A stretch of DNA of 64,000 nucleotides, taken from the NCBI RefSeq assembly GCF_009914755.1, contig NC_060936.1; one strand, given 5' to 3'. Of this stretch, positions 1-16,029 are shown piece by piece. The DNA comes from the human T2T-CHM13v2.0 reference genome, Homo sapiens. Made by a program: the position numbers and the translations under genes. The notes under the pieces were generated by a model. The model did not search any database. It had not been told where the DNA came from and saw only the letters and a program-made list of their open reading frames with translations. The stretch's first letter is position 1. Every line of letters starts with the position of its first letter.

Positions 1-128
1 AATAAAAGTTGAAGAAAAAAAAAAAAGGATCCAGCATCTAGGAATTTCTCTGAAAAAAATACACATAGAATAAATAAGATAAGGATGTTTATCATGGTAA
101 TGTTTATAATAGAGAAATGCAGTCTTTA

Positions 129-532
<404 letters not shown>

Positions 533-1189
533 CTATAGAAAATCACAGGAAATCAAACAAACATCCATACGTCCTTTAGCCAAATTCAACAAATGTTGAC
601 ATTTTGTCATAGTTACTTAAGAATGTTTTAAGAAATGAAATGTTGTAGATACTGTTGAGGCCTCTTTTGTACTCCTCTCTTCCCTACCTTCCCATTGATA
701 ATTATTTTTCTGAAATTGGTATGTATACTTCCTGTTCAGAAGTTATACTTTTACTACACGTATGTATTTCCATAAAATATATATCATTTTTATAATTTAC
801 AAACATTTTAGCTTCCTTCAATGTGCTGTTTTCATTCAACAAAATTTCCAAGATTTTACCCAGTTTGATATACGTAGATAAAATAATTTTTCTTGCTATA
901 TGTAGTATTCTAACTAAAAAACATATTTAATACACTTTTAAAACTGAATTGTAATGGCTCAATGAGTTATCGCTAAGTGAACATACTCATCTAACTACCA
1001 CCCAGGTCAAGAAATAGAACATTAGAGAATATCATCTGTACCCCAGAAACTCTCCATTATGCCCATTTCCAAAAACTATCCTTTTCCCGTACAAAAGTAG
1101 CCACTGTCATGATTTCTAATAACATCAATTTGCCTGTTTTTGAACATTATATAGTAGGAATCATGTGGTGCTCTACATTTGCCAATTAG

Positions 1190-1546
1190 TTCAATTGTTA
1201 ATTAAGTTGTTCGGTTCTTCCCTTTCCTTATTGATTTTATTGGGTCCATTATCAGTGATTGAGAGAGATGTATTAAACTCTCTCTCTATGAGTAGGAATT
1301 TCTTGTTTCTCCTTTTAATTTTGTCAATTTTTGTTAAAATATATTAAAACTATGTAGTTGCATGCATATAGATTTATAATTGTGATAGCTTTCTGGTGAA
1401 TTGACCACTTTATGATTATGAAATACCTCTCTTTATCCTGAGTAATGTTTTTGCCTGAAAGTCTATTTTTTCCCTCTATTAGGATAGCCATAGCAGTTTT
1501 CATTTGGTTAGCCTTGGATATCTTTTCCACTTTTTGATTTATGAAG
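1190..1546 (-). mobile_element. Old L1 fragment, ORF2 endonuclease region
   Basis: ORF 1324-1530 (AILI...DKERYFIIIKWSIHQKAITIINLYA) resembles the L1 ORF2 endonuclease; boundaries approximate. Confidence 0.8.
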
Positions 1547-3853
1547 TGTACTCTTCCATTTGCATGCTTCTAATGTAGATATACCCGAGACTGGGTAATT
1601 TATAAAGGAAAAAAACTTCAATTGAGTCACAGTTCAGCATGGCTGGGGAGGCCTCAGGAAGCTTACAATCATGGCAGAAGGGGAAGCAAACATGTCCTTC
1701 TTCACATGGTTGCAGGAAGAAGTGCCAAGCAAAGGGGGAAGCCCCTTATAAAACCATCAGATCTTGTGAAAACTCACTCACTACAACAAGACCAGCATGA
1801 GGGTAATCGCCCTCATGATTCAATTACCTCCCACCGGGTCCCTCCCATGACACATGGGGATTATGGGAATTACAATTCAAGATGAGATTTGGGTGGGGAC
1901 ACAGCCAAACCATGTCATTCCACCTCTGGCTCCTTCCAAATATCATGTCTTCACATTTCAAAATGCAATCATGCCCTTCTAACAGTCCCCCCAAATCTTA
2001 GCTCATTCTAGCATTAACTCAACAGTCCAAATCCAAAGTCTCATCTGAGACAAGGCAAGTCCCTTTCGCCTATAAAATCAAAAGCAAGTTAGTTACTTTG
2101 TAGATACAATGCAGGTACAGGCTTTGGGTAAATTCACCTGTTCCAAATGAGAGAAATTGGCCAAAAGAAAGGGGCCTCATAGAAGTCCAAAATCCAGTAG
2201 GGCAGTCATGAAGCCTTAAAGTTCCAAAATGATCTCCTTTGACACCATGTCTCACATCCAGGTCATGCTGATGCAAGAGGTGGGCTCCATAGCCTTGGGC
2301 AGCTCCACTCCTGTGGCTTTGCAGGGTATAGCTGCTTTCATGGCTGGCATTGAGTGTATGGTTTTTCCAGGCACACTGTGTAAGCTGTTGGTGAAGTACC
2401 ATTCTGAGATCTGGAAGACACTGGCCCTCTTCTCACAGCTCCACTAGGCAGTGCCCAAGTGGGGACTCTGTGTGGGGGCTGCAACCCCCTATTTTCCTTC
2501 TGTACTGCCCTAGCAGAGGTTCTTGATGAGGGCTCCACCCCTGCAGCAGACTTCTGCCTGGACATTCAGGATTTCCATACATTTCTGAAATCTAAGCAGA
2601 GGTTCCCAAACTTCCATTCTTGTCTTCCACGTACCCACAGGAGCAACACCACCTGGAAGCTGCCAAGTCTTGGGACTTGCACCTTTTGAAGCAATGGCTT
2701 GAGCTGTACTTTGGCCCCTTTTAGCCAAGGATGGAGCAGCTGGGATTCAGGGGACAAGGTTCTGGGGCTACACACAGCAGGGGGCCCTGAACTTGGCCCA
2801 CAAAACCATTTTTCCCTCCTTGGCCTCTTGGCCTGTGATGGGAGGGGCTGCTGTGAAGGTCTCTGACATTGCCCTGGAGACATTTTCCTCATTGTCTTGT
2901 TGATTAACATTTGGCTCCTCGTTACTTATGCAGATTTCTGTAGTGGACTTGAATTTTTTCCCAGAAAATTGATTTTTCTTTTTTATTGCATTGTCAGGCT
3001 GCAAAATTTCCAAACTTTTATGCTCTGCTTCCTCTTGAATGCTTTGCCACTTAGAAATTTCTTCTGTCAGATACCCTAAATCATCTCTCTCAAGTTCAAA
3101 GTTACACAGATCTCTAAGGCAGGGGCAAAATGCCACCAGCCTCTTTGCTAAAATGTAACAAGAGTCACCTTTGCTCCAGTTCCCAAGAAGTTCCTCATCT
3201 CCATCATAGACCACCTCAGCCTGGACTTCATTGTCTATATCACTATCAGCATTTCAGTCAAAGCTATTCAACAAATCTGTAGGAAGTTCCAAACTTTCCT
3301 ACATCTTTCTGTCTTCTGAGCCCTCCAAGTCTCTAGGAAGTTCCAAACTTTCCCACATTTTCTTGTCTTCTTCTGAGACTTCCAAGCTGTTCCAACCTCT
3401 GCCTGTTACCCAGTTCCAAAGTCACTTCTTCGTTTTTGGGTATCTTTATAGCTGTGCCCCATTCTTGGTACCAATTACTGTATTAGTTTGTTCTCATGCT
3501 GCTAATAAAGACACACCCAAGACTGGGTAATTTATAAAGGAAAGAGGTTTAATTAACTCACAGTTCAGCATGCCTGGGGAGGATTCAGGAAACTTACAAT
3601 CATGACAGAAAGGGAAGCAAACATGTCCTTCTTAATATGGTGGCAGGAAGGAGAAGTGCTGAGCAAAGGGGGAAAAGCCCCTTATTAAACCATCAGATCT
3701 CATGAGAACTCACTCACTATAACAAGACCAGCATGAGGGTAACCACCCTCATGATTTGATTACCTCCCACTGGGTCCCTCCCACAACACGTGGGGATTAT
3801 GGGAATTACAATTCAAGATGAGATTTTGGTGGGGACACAGCCAAACCATATCA
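1547..3853 (-). mobile_element. Full-length THE1 (THE1C-like) MaLR element: LTR 1547-1917, internal 1918-3478, LTR 3479-3853
   Basis: Two ~373-bp direct LTRs ending GGGGACACAGCCAAACCAT(G/A)TCA; perfect 5-bp TSD TGAAG (1542-1546 and 3854-3858); degenerate MaLR internal ORFs (EELLGNWSKGDSCYILAKRLVAFCPC). Confidence 0.95.
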
Positions 3854-3858
3854 TGAAG

Positions 3859-6520
<2,662 letters not shown>

Positions 6521-6990
6521 TGGCAGCCTGTTACCTCTGGTTAGCTCCTGATCCTGTAACATATACCTTCAAGTTTTCCAAATGAATTTCTGGAATGTTC
6601 ACCAAGACTCTTTTTTTTCTGGAAGGTCCTAAATTCTAATCTGTCTTCTCAGCACCATAAAACTGCCAAAATTCTCTCCTTGAAATTTGAGGCATCTGCC
6701 ATGTGCAGTTACAGAATTTGGCAAACTTATTGAGGCAAAAACAAACCATGTTTTTTAGGTTTCTCAAGTTTTCAATTTTTATCACTTATACCTCATGAGA
6801 TTTCTGAAGTTCTGATGGTTTCTCAGTCCCCTGGCAGTGACCCACTGCCTGGGCAAAGCTTTCTCAGCTTTTTACCTATTCACAGAATTGACAGAGGCTC
6901 CCAGCTTCCTCTCTGCAATTCCCCCTCCCCATAATCAAATCCTGTATAGGTCCCATTGACTCTCAAGATCTCTGATGCCTGTAACTATGA

Positions 6991-7339
<349 letters not shown>

Positions 7340-8103
7340 GCATTTTATTTGCTTTTCTAATTACATTCCATGGGGCATTGGTCTGCCATAGCAATCCTGG
7401 TAGTAAAAGCCCTCTAGGCTTCTTTATTTTACATTTTTAAGTTCTAAACATTGTGTCTGAAAAATATAGTAGTAATTTGAGGTTCTAGGTGATGTGATTT
7501 TCCTCCAGAAAGTACATATGCTTGCTTCTGGCTGTTAGCTAGTCCAAGGGTAGGCCACCTTAATTCAGCCAGGAATCGGCATGCTTTGAGGCTTGGCTTC
7601 AGTCTTTGGAGGGCTGGTTTACTCTTGTAACTAGAGCATAGCTCTTTGGGGTCCCAGCTGAATGCCTGGGGTGTTTGCCAGGCTTCCTCCTCCCTGGCAG
7701 AACCTGCCCTCCATTTTGGTTACAGCAGTTTGACAAGGCCGCTAAAAGCTCATTCACTTCTCAGCTCCTGATCCTCAGTCACTCTTCTTGCTTATAGAGT
7801 CTACCTGTTGCTTTGAGGGGTGGAGAGGCCTCAAATTCTGGGTTCATTTATCTTGATTTCCTTCCTCTTTCAGATTGTAGCACTACAAAATTTCATTGCT
7901 TTGATCATCTTTCAGTTGCCTTCAAACAAATATTGTTGTATGTTGTCCAGTTTTTCTAGTTCTCCAGGGAGTCAAGTTCAGCCCCAACCTAGCCAGTACA
8001 TACTGGAGGTGGAACTTTCAACAATACAAAATTCTTCATGGGAAAAAACCCCTGTATGTGCTGTATGGTACTAGCTTGGTTAAAACTAAAAGCGTGTAAT
8101 ATG

Positions 8104-8466
8104 TGCTGTGGTTTGAATGTGTCCCCCACATTTCATGTTTCGGAAACTTGATCCCTGAATTCACATGTAGATGATATTTGGAGTTGGGGCCATTGGGAGA
8201 TAACTAGAATTAGATAAGGTCATCTTATCTAATGGGTCAAGGGGCCCCATGATGAAACTGGTGGCTTAATAAGAGGAGAAAGAGAGATCTGAGCTGGCAC
8301 GCTCTTGCCCTCTCACCATGCTGTGATGCAGGAAGGAGGCACACACAAGGTGCCAGAACCTTCATGTTAGACTTCCCAGACTCCAGAACTTAAGAAATAA
8401 ATGTCTTTTCTTTATGAATGACCCGGTCTCAGCTATTCACTTATAGCAATAGAAAATGGACTAACT
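8104..8466 (+). mobile_element. MaLR solo LTR (MST/MLT1A-like)
   Basis: Starts TGCTGTGGTTTGAATGTGTCCCC; ends AAATAAAT...TATAGCAATAGAAAATGGACTAA. Confidence 0.85.
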
Positions 8467-9196
8467 GTACAGTCAGCCCTCCCTAACCATGGGTTCCTCA
8501 TTGGTGGGGTCAACCAATCAAAGATTGAAGATACAGGCATGCATTGTTCAACAATGGGGATATATTCTGAGAATTGTGTTGTTAGGTGATTTTATTGTTG
8601 TACTAACGTCATAGAGTGTACTCACACAAACCTAGATGCTATAACCGACTGCACACCTAGGCTATCCCTACTGCTCCTAGGCTACAAACCTCTACAGCAT
8701 GTTACTGTTCTCAATACTGTGGGCAATTGTAACACAATGGTAAGTATTTGTGTATCAAAACATCAAAAAGGTACAGTGAAAATATGGTATAAAAAGTTAA
8801 AAATTGTACACCTGTACAGGGCACTTACCATGAATGGAGCTTACAGAACTAGAAGTTGTTCTGTGTGAGTCAGTGAGTGAATGGTGAGTAAATGTGAAGA
8901 CCTAGAACTACTGTGAACTTTACAAACACTACACTTAGGCTACATTAAGTTTATAAAAAATGTTTTCTTTCTTCAACAAAAAATTAACTTTAGCTCACTG
9001 TAACTTTTATACTTTACAAACTTTAAATTCTTAAACACTTTTTGACTCTTTTGTAATATCACTTAGCTTAAAGCACACATTGTACATCTGTACAAAATAT
9101 TTTCCTTTTTTATATCTTATTCTATAACCTTTTTCTATTTAAAAATTCTCTCTCTTTTTTTTACTTCTTAAACCTTTTTATTAAAAACTAAGAAGC

Positions 9197-9976
9197 TGAT
9201 ATGGTTTGGCTGTGTCCCCACCCAAATCTCACCTTGAATTGTAATAATCCCCATGTGTCAAGGGTGGGGCCAGGTGGAGATAACTGAATTATGGATGCGT
9301 TCCCTTATACAAGATTTTTGTATTTTTAGTAGAAACAGGGTTTTACCATATTGGCCAGGCTGGTCTCGAACTCCTGACCTCATGATCCACCCACCTTGGC
9401 CGCCCAAAGTGCTGGGATTACAGGTGTGAGCCACCATGCCCAGCTGCATTTTATTTGCTTTTCTAATTACATTCCATGAGGCATTGGTCTGCCATAGCAA
9501 TCCTGGTAGCAAAAGCCCTCTAGGCTTCTTTATTTTACATTTTTGAGTTCTAAACATTGTGTCTGAAAAATGTAGGGGTAATTTGAGGTTCTAGGTGATG
9601 TGATTTTCCTCCAGAAAGTATATACGCTTGCTTCTGGCTGTTAGCTAGTCCAAGGGTAGGCCACCTTAATTCAGCCAAGAATTGGCTGAATTGTTTGTAT
9701 TTTTAGTAGAGATGGGGTTTTACCATATTGGTCAGGCTGTTCTCATGGTAGTGAATACGTCTCACAAGATCTGATGGTTTTATAAATGGGAGTTCCCGTG
9801 AACAAGCTCTCTTGCCTGCTGCCATATAGGATGTGTCTTGCCTCCCCTTTGTTTTCTGCCATGATGGTGAGGCCTCCCCAGCCATGTGGAACTGTGAGTC
9901 AATTAAACCTTTTTCTTTGATAAATTACCCAGTCCTGGGTATGTCTTTATTAGCAGTGTGAGAACAAATGAATACA
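9197..9976 (+). mobile_element. THE1 (THE1B-like) solo LTR with a ~430-bp internal insertion
   Basis: TGATATGGTTTGGCTGTGTCCCCACCC...AATACA; TSD GAAGC/GATGC; LTR halves 9197-9310 and ~9737-9976. Confidence 0.9.
9314..9739 (+). repeat. Local duplication of 7208-7580, plus a second partial copy of its start
   Basis: Ungapped match at offset 2106 with ~19 mismatches in 373 bp (manual count); includes non-Alu flank, so it is not retrotransposition. Confidence 0.95.
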
Positions 9977-10774
9977 GATGCAAACACGCATAGTATCCTA
10001 GGCCTACACAGGGTCAGGAGCATCGATATCACTATCTTCCACTTCCTCATCTTGTCCCACTGGAAGGTCTTCAGGGGCAATAACAGGCAACGAGCTGTTA
10101 TCTCCTATGATAACAATGCCTTCTCCAGGACTACCACAAACCCATGAGTAATGCATTGTGCCACAATGTTACAATGGCTAAATGTCACTAGGAGATAGAA
10201 ATTATTCAGTTCCATTGTAGTCTTGTGGGACTACCATTCCATATGCGGTGTGTCGTTGACCAAAGTGTCATGTGGTACATGACTGTATTCGGGGGAAAAA
10301 AAAACAATAAAAAATAATGCAAATTAAAAATACAGTATAACAACTATTTACATAAAATTTACATTACATTATATACTATAATCTAGAGATGATTTAAAGT
10401 ATACGGGAAGATGTGTATAGGTTATATGCAAATACAACACCATTTTATATAAGGGACTTGAACAACGACAGATTTTGGTATTCACAGGTGTCCTGGGACC
10501 AAATCCCCCATAGATACAGAGGGATGACTGATTTATGTATCGAAAGACCAAAAAGACATAGGTCAAATTGTTAGTAGTGGTTCTCTTGAATGATTGGAAT
10601 ATAAGTGAGTTACTCATTGTCTCTGTGCTTCTTGTATTTTCTAAATTTTCTATAATAAATATGGATATTTTGTATTTTAAAAATGCTAATTTTGTAAAAG
10701 ATGACTGCCAGGTAATAGTAGTCAATCAGGAAAGGCAGAAAAGGCAAGAAAGCTGGAGAAAAAGGTGATAATAT

Positions 10775-12156
10775 GGGAATAACAAACCTGGATTCTTCCT
10801 GCTGCACTCCCCAAAAGTCTCACCGCACTTCTGACTCCAGATGTCTGGGTGTTTCTCCCCATCGACAAGCAAGCCATCCTCCAGAAGGGACACCTGCTGG
10901 TGTCCTCCAGTTCATTTCAATTCCGACACTATCTGAGATTCCCTTGACCTTGACACTCTTAGTGGTGGGAACTGGAGTGGCTTGTTTCACTCAGCCTGTC
11001 AATGGCTACTTTTCTTGAGAAGGAGCCTGCAAGCGAGTGTGGGAACCGGAGTGAATGGAATGATGGGACTGGTCAGTTGCTTCTCTCTGGCTGGAGCAGG
11101 CTCTGTTGAGGCCCCGCAGCAGCCTCCAAGCCCCTGCTCCCTCAATATCTGGGTTCTTGTCCGGCATCCAGAAAGAATCAGGTCACACAAATAGATTGAA
11201 GGGCAGTGTATGCAGAGGATGATATTGGGCGATAGAAGAGGCTCTTGGTGGGATGGGGAGTTGGAAAGGGGATGGTGTGGGAAGAAGGTGATCTTTTCCT
11301 GAAGCTGCACCATCCGAAGTTAGGTGAGTCTCTCCACAGTCTCTGATGCTCAGTTGTATCTCTGCTTGCTGCTCAGCCTCTTGTATCCCCACTGCTCAGT
11401 CGCTTGTGTTGCTCTACCAGCTGCAGTCTTTTTATGAGCACAGGATTTGGGCATGGCAGGCCAAAACAGCAACATTTGGGCAGAAAAACCAGGTCAGCTG
11501 TTTCACTTAGGGCCAAAGTTCCAGGCTTAAGGGTGGGGTTTAGCCAGCCCCCATTTCCAATGCCAAACCCAAGCCCCAGGTTGGTTTACCTGTGCTTCTG
11601 ACCCACCGGCTATACATTGGGGTTTCCTCAGCCTCCTCCTTAGGTCTGATTAATTGGCTGGAGTGGCTCACAGAACTCAGGGAAACACTTACATTTGCCA
11701 GTGTATTGTAAGGGCTATCACAAAGGGTACAGATGAAGAGATGCATGGGGCGAGGCATGGGGAAGGGACATGGAGCTTCCACGCCTTTCCTGGGTGCCAC
11801 TCTCCAGGTGCCTCCACTTGTTAAGCTTTCTGGAAGCCCCCCGAACCCAGTCCTGTTGAATTTTTATGGAGACTTCAATACATAGGCATGATTAACTAGA
11901 TCATTGGCCATTGGTGATCAACTTAACCTTCAGCCCCTCTCCCTTCCCTAGAGTCATGAGGTGGGGCTGAAAGTCCGAACCCTCTAATCCTGTCTTGGTT
12001 TGAGTGACCAGCCCCATCCTGAAGCTACCTAGGGGCTGCCAGCCACCAGTCAATCATTAGCATACAAAAATACATCACTTTGGAGATTTCCAGGATTTTA
12101 GGAATTGCATGTCAGGAAACTGGATGAAGACCAAATAAATATTTCACACTATCACA
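10775..12156 (-). mobile_element. MER21-family LTR, interrupted
   Basis: Reverse complement of MER21 5' end (TGTGATAGTGTGAAATATTTATTTGGTCTTC) and body CACAGAACTCAGGGAAACAC; left boundary approximate. Confidence 0.8.
10950..11547 (-). mobile_element. ERV1 LTR fragment (MER52/LTR1/LTR27-like) nested in MER21
   Basis: GGTTCTTGTCCGGCATCCAGAAAGAATCAGGTCACAC and GGATGGGGAGTTGGAAAGGGGATGG motifs. Confidence 0.65.
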
Positions 12157-14404
12157 ATATACCAGAAACTGAAAAATTAGATCTCCCATGAGACCCATAG
12201 AACAGTGGAGGAAGGAAGGTGGGGCTACAGAGAGATGATTGCAAAATAACATCCAAGAGCTGGAAAGGAATCAGTACATCTTCTCCAAACCCCTCACTGT
12301 CGTTGTATGCATGCAGACACGCAGGCTCAGGAGGCCACATGGCTTGCCATCGAGTTAGTGACAGTGCTGGGTCAGGAGCCAGGTCTCCTGATTCCCAGGC
12401 CAGTGCTCTTTCCGGAGGAGCTTGTGGAGTAAATGTGAGCTGGGGTAATCACAGGGCTCTCCCCGCAGGACAGGGACAAACTAGGGCTGCCTGTGCAGGA
12501 TCACTTGATCTAGCCGGACCTTCTCAGGTAGAGGAATTGCCAGAGACATGGCTGTTGGTGGGAGGCCCTCCATTTGGCTGGTGAGAGATGAGCTTCAACA
12601 GGGATGGCAGTGTCTATGACGCCTTTCTAGCATAGCACTCAAAAGCCTCCTCGGCCTGCCTAGGTCTCCTCGCTCCACGGGCCTCTCCTCTAACTCCTGT
12701 AACCCCCTACAACTCTGTTCTGGTGGCTTCATGCTGAGTTATGACCTTACTGCCCCTAAATAGGTTTGTGTCTTTGCTGACATCATCCCCTATCAAGAGA
12801 TTTTTTTCCACTCCCTCTCTCCTACCTGAAATCTACCTACCCCTCAAGGTGTAATTCTAATCCTCACCATCTTCAGCTAGTGGAGCCCAAGTGTCTCATG
12901 TGGAGAGGATCCTCCAGGCTTTGCATTTTTCTTTGGCTGGTGTCAGTCTTCTTGCAGAGATGCTAAGGTCTGGAAGGCAGGAATCAATTCTCCATTTGGT
13001 GGCGTGCTCCCAGACATGGAGGAAAATGTCTTGTATGAGGCAGGCACTAAGTAAACACTTGTGGAGTCACTGGTGGGCTGTTGGAAAGAAATGTGTGAGA
13101 GGCTGGGGCACATCCAGAAGGAGCTGACAGAGGATTTTGAAGAGTAGTGGGCAGCACAGAGCTCTTTACAGGAGCCTGTTAAAGGCTTTCTGCTGACTGC
13201 TTTTCCTCCCTTGATTCTGATGTCAGTTTCAGAAAGACTTAGGACCCTGAGTCAGGAGAGAGCAGATATTAGAAGGAGAAAAACAAGTTGTGCTGTTGAG
13301 GAAAGACAATGTCAGGAGGAAGCACTGTAGTGGAAACCCAGGTCTGGAGAGATTAGAAACTGCCTGGATGGAGATTGCGCTGCTGCAGGCTTAAGTACAT
13401 TTTCTCAGATGTGGGGCAGGCTGGCCTTGAGAACAAAGAACAGAAATATGAGTTTGGGCAGAGAACAAACAGTATGTGAGATTTTTGGTGGCAAATAATG
13501 ATAAGCCAATGTGCTTGGGTTTGGAAAGAGGGGCAACTTCCTGTTTAGCAGAGGGAACCTTATTAAGGGAACTATTATACTGATCTGAAGTCAGAGTTTT
13601 TCAGGTTTTTGATGACTTCCATTAAGTGCCTGAGCAGAGGCGTGTAATAGAATGGGGAAGCCAAGGAGATTTATAAACCAAGGATGTTTGAATGAGAAAT
13701 GTGGAGTTCGTAAATTTTGGAGTCTCTTGTTGCCACACAGAGGTTTATTTGGGGGAAAGGATTTGGAGTCTATCATATTAGAATTAGCTGCTGTTGTGAT
13801 CAGATTTCAGACAGCAACACAGGGGTGGGGAGAGAGAACAAATCTTGCCTTCCCTGGCTGGGGGATTTTGGCAGATTCTCAGAGGCTGGGCTCATAGGAA
13901 TTAATTTGTGGAAAAGGGAGCCATGCAACATGAATTAATTCAAGGAATTATTGAGAATGCAGAGGAGCGTCCAGCTCTCATGTTATTCACAAAAGAATGA
14001 GGACACCGTGGGTTTTGGAAGTAGCTTTTAAAAGGCATCCAAAGCATCTCATGTTGGTGATATAAATGTTTGGGGAGGGTGAGAAAGAGGAGCTGGGTAG
14101 GGCAGGAGGAGCTTTATGTATCACTGAAGCAGTGTAATATAATTTAAAGAGGGTTGGTAATTTGACCCCAGCTTAAAATATGACCTGTACTCAGGAACTC
14201 AGCTCCTGAAACTTCACCATCAGGTCTTCATTCCATATTGTCACTCGTACTTCACTCCAGTGAGGTTTATGGGATTATTTTTCCCATTATTGAAGGGACT
14301 TTGAATGGCACCTGGGAAGAGAAGAGATGAAGAAGAGACAAAAATCCCATGCACTCAACTTGTTTTGCCTTGAGAGTGACCTTGAATGTGCTCTATCTTC
14401 AGAG

Positions 14405-14635
14405 AGGCCTGATTTGAAGCCACCTGCCTGGTTTCATATCCCGGCTCTGCTCCTTACCAGTTGGGGAACTTGGGGCCAGCTATTTAACCTCTTTGTACTT
14501 GCATTTCCCCACTGGTAAAATGAAGAAAAATGGTCATACCTACTTCACAGGTTGTGAGGATTAAATGAGTTCATGCATGCAAGATACTTAGAACAGCTCC
14601 TGTTACATAGCAAGTACTCAATAAACATTCTCTAT
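14405..14635 (+). mobile_element. MIR
   Basis: Core match GTAAAATG...GTGAGGATTAAATGAG...CTCAATAAA. Confidence 0.85.
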
Positions 14636-16029
14636 CATTCTTTCTAGCTTTCAGGATGGCAGCACCTGCTGTTCTGAAAGATTTTCCCATCTAGGCCCCA
14701 GCCAAGTGCAGAAGAGTTCGAGGCTGAGGTTGCCAGGGGAAGCAGACATTTCTGAGTTCTCCATTTCTCAACTGCAAACACCTTGAAAGCCTCTTCAGCC
14801 CTTTCCTTAGCAACCTTCACAGCTTATTCTAAGTCCCGTGTTTAAGAACTTGGAATTGCAAGGTGTTTTAGAGGCGGTTTTTTTGCTGAAAAAGAAAAGG
14901 GGGCATGGCCTGAGTGTGGCTAAGGCAAATGCTCTGGCAGGACAGTGCCAATCTTGGTTCTTGTCATTCTTTGATGAGCTTCTGCTCCACATGGGTGACA
15001 GGATGGGCTGGTCCTATCCTCCAAGCTGGTCCAGCCCATGGCTGCTGATGCCAGTGCTCTAGCCAATCATCAGAAAGGCTTGATACTGATGCTGCAAGGG
15101 GCATCCTGCTGCAATCTTCCCCCATTTTGTGGCTTCAGGCCCACTCCGTGTGTGGAGGCGGGGATTACTCTAGTTGTCAACTTTGACTCTAGCTACCTCA
15201 CCCCACTTTACTGGGTCCTAACTTCCCCTCCCCACCTGAGATGCTCTGCCAGTTTCTCTTTCAGGTCATGGCTGGAGCAGACCCAGGAAAGCAGTGTCTT
15301 CGGTGGCTTTTGCCTCCTCTGGAGGAAGGGTGGGTGGGGCTGGGCTGGCTGCTTGAAGAGGAAAAGGATGAGGGTGTGTTGGGGAACAGGTGTGCAGAAA
15401 TGGTGAAGTGGCATGGAAGATGGAGGATTTAAATGTTAAAGGGTGGGTAGAAAATGTACCAAGATATTTTGAGGGCTAAATTTGTTCTGGAAGTTAAATG
15501 TATAGAATGTGATGAATCAGAGGAACAAGAGGCACTTAAGATTTTTAAAGCCGTTGGGTTGCCCAGGCGATACACAGACGTTTTGTGGATGGTTTGTTAT
15601 TAGCAGTAAACATTTACATAGCACTTCACCTCCTCAAATATTCGTCCATAAAACCCTGGAATGGTAGTGACGGCCAGAAAACCAAGACCCAGGGAGGAGG
15701 ATTTGCTCAAGGTCACAAAGCTGGTTTACAGCTGAGCTGACGGGAGAGCCTCGGTGTCTTGGCTTTGTGCTGCTACCTGCCAGGGGCTTCCGCCTTGCTT
15801 AGATAGCTTGCTTTGCAATACCCAGTGAGGAAGGCGGAAGCAGACTGGCTACAGCCTTCAGCTGGAGGAACAGAGAGGAGGGAAGGGGAGTGATCTATTG
15901 ACCAAGGAGAAAGCTGTATCTGACCTATCTGCTTCCAGACCTACCTTCTGAGCCCTCGAACCCTGAAGCTGCATGCTTTCTTTTACCTGCTCATCTACCT
16001 GGGTTGTCTCTCTTGGAAGATGACACTGC

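Larger units (their letters stand above)
8534..10285 (+). mobile_element. Tigger3 (Tigger3b/MER7-like) DNA transposon, split by THE1 LTR
   Basis: Termini CAGGCATGC...CATGACTG flanked by TA (8532-33, 10286-87); body CATAGAGTGTACTCACACAAACCTAGATG. Confidence 0.88.
8470..10530 (-). mobile_element. MER2 DNA transposon, split into 8470-8533 and 10286-10530
   Basis: Termini CAGTCAGCCCTCC...GAGGGATGACTG; the two halves rejoin across the Tigger3 insertion at a TA. Confidence 0.85.

Noticed and set aside
3280-3390. Tandem repeat AGGAAGTTCCAAACTTTCC inside THE1
   Set aside because: Recalled as a common feature of THE1 internal sequences, so not locus-specific
2070-3530. Cluster of 70-148 aa ORFs
   Set aside because: Decayed THE1 internal sequence
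13558-13568. CCTTATTAAGG (and CCATAAAATGG at ~31046) as CArG boxes
   Set aside because: Seven A/T between CC and GG rather than six
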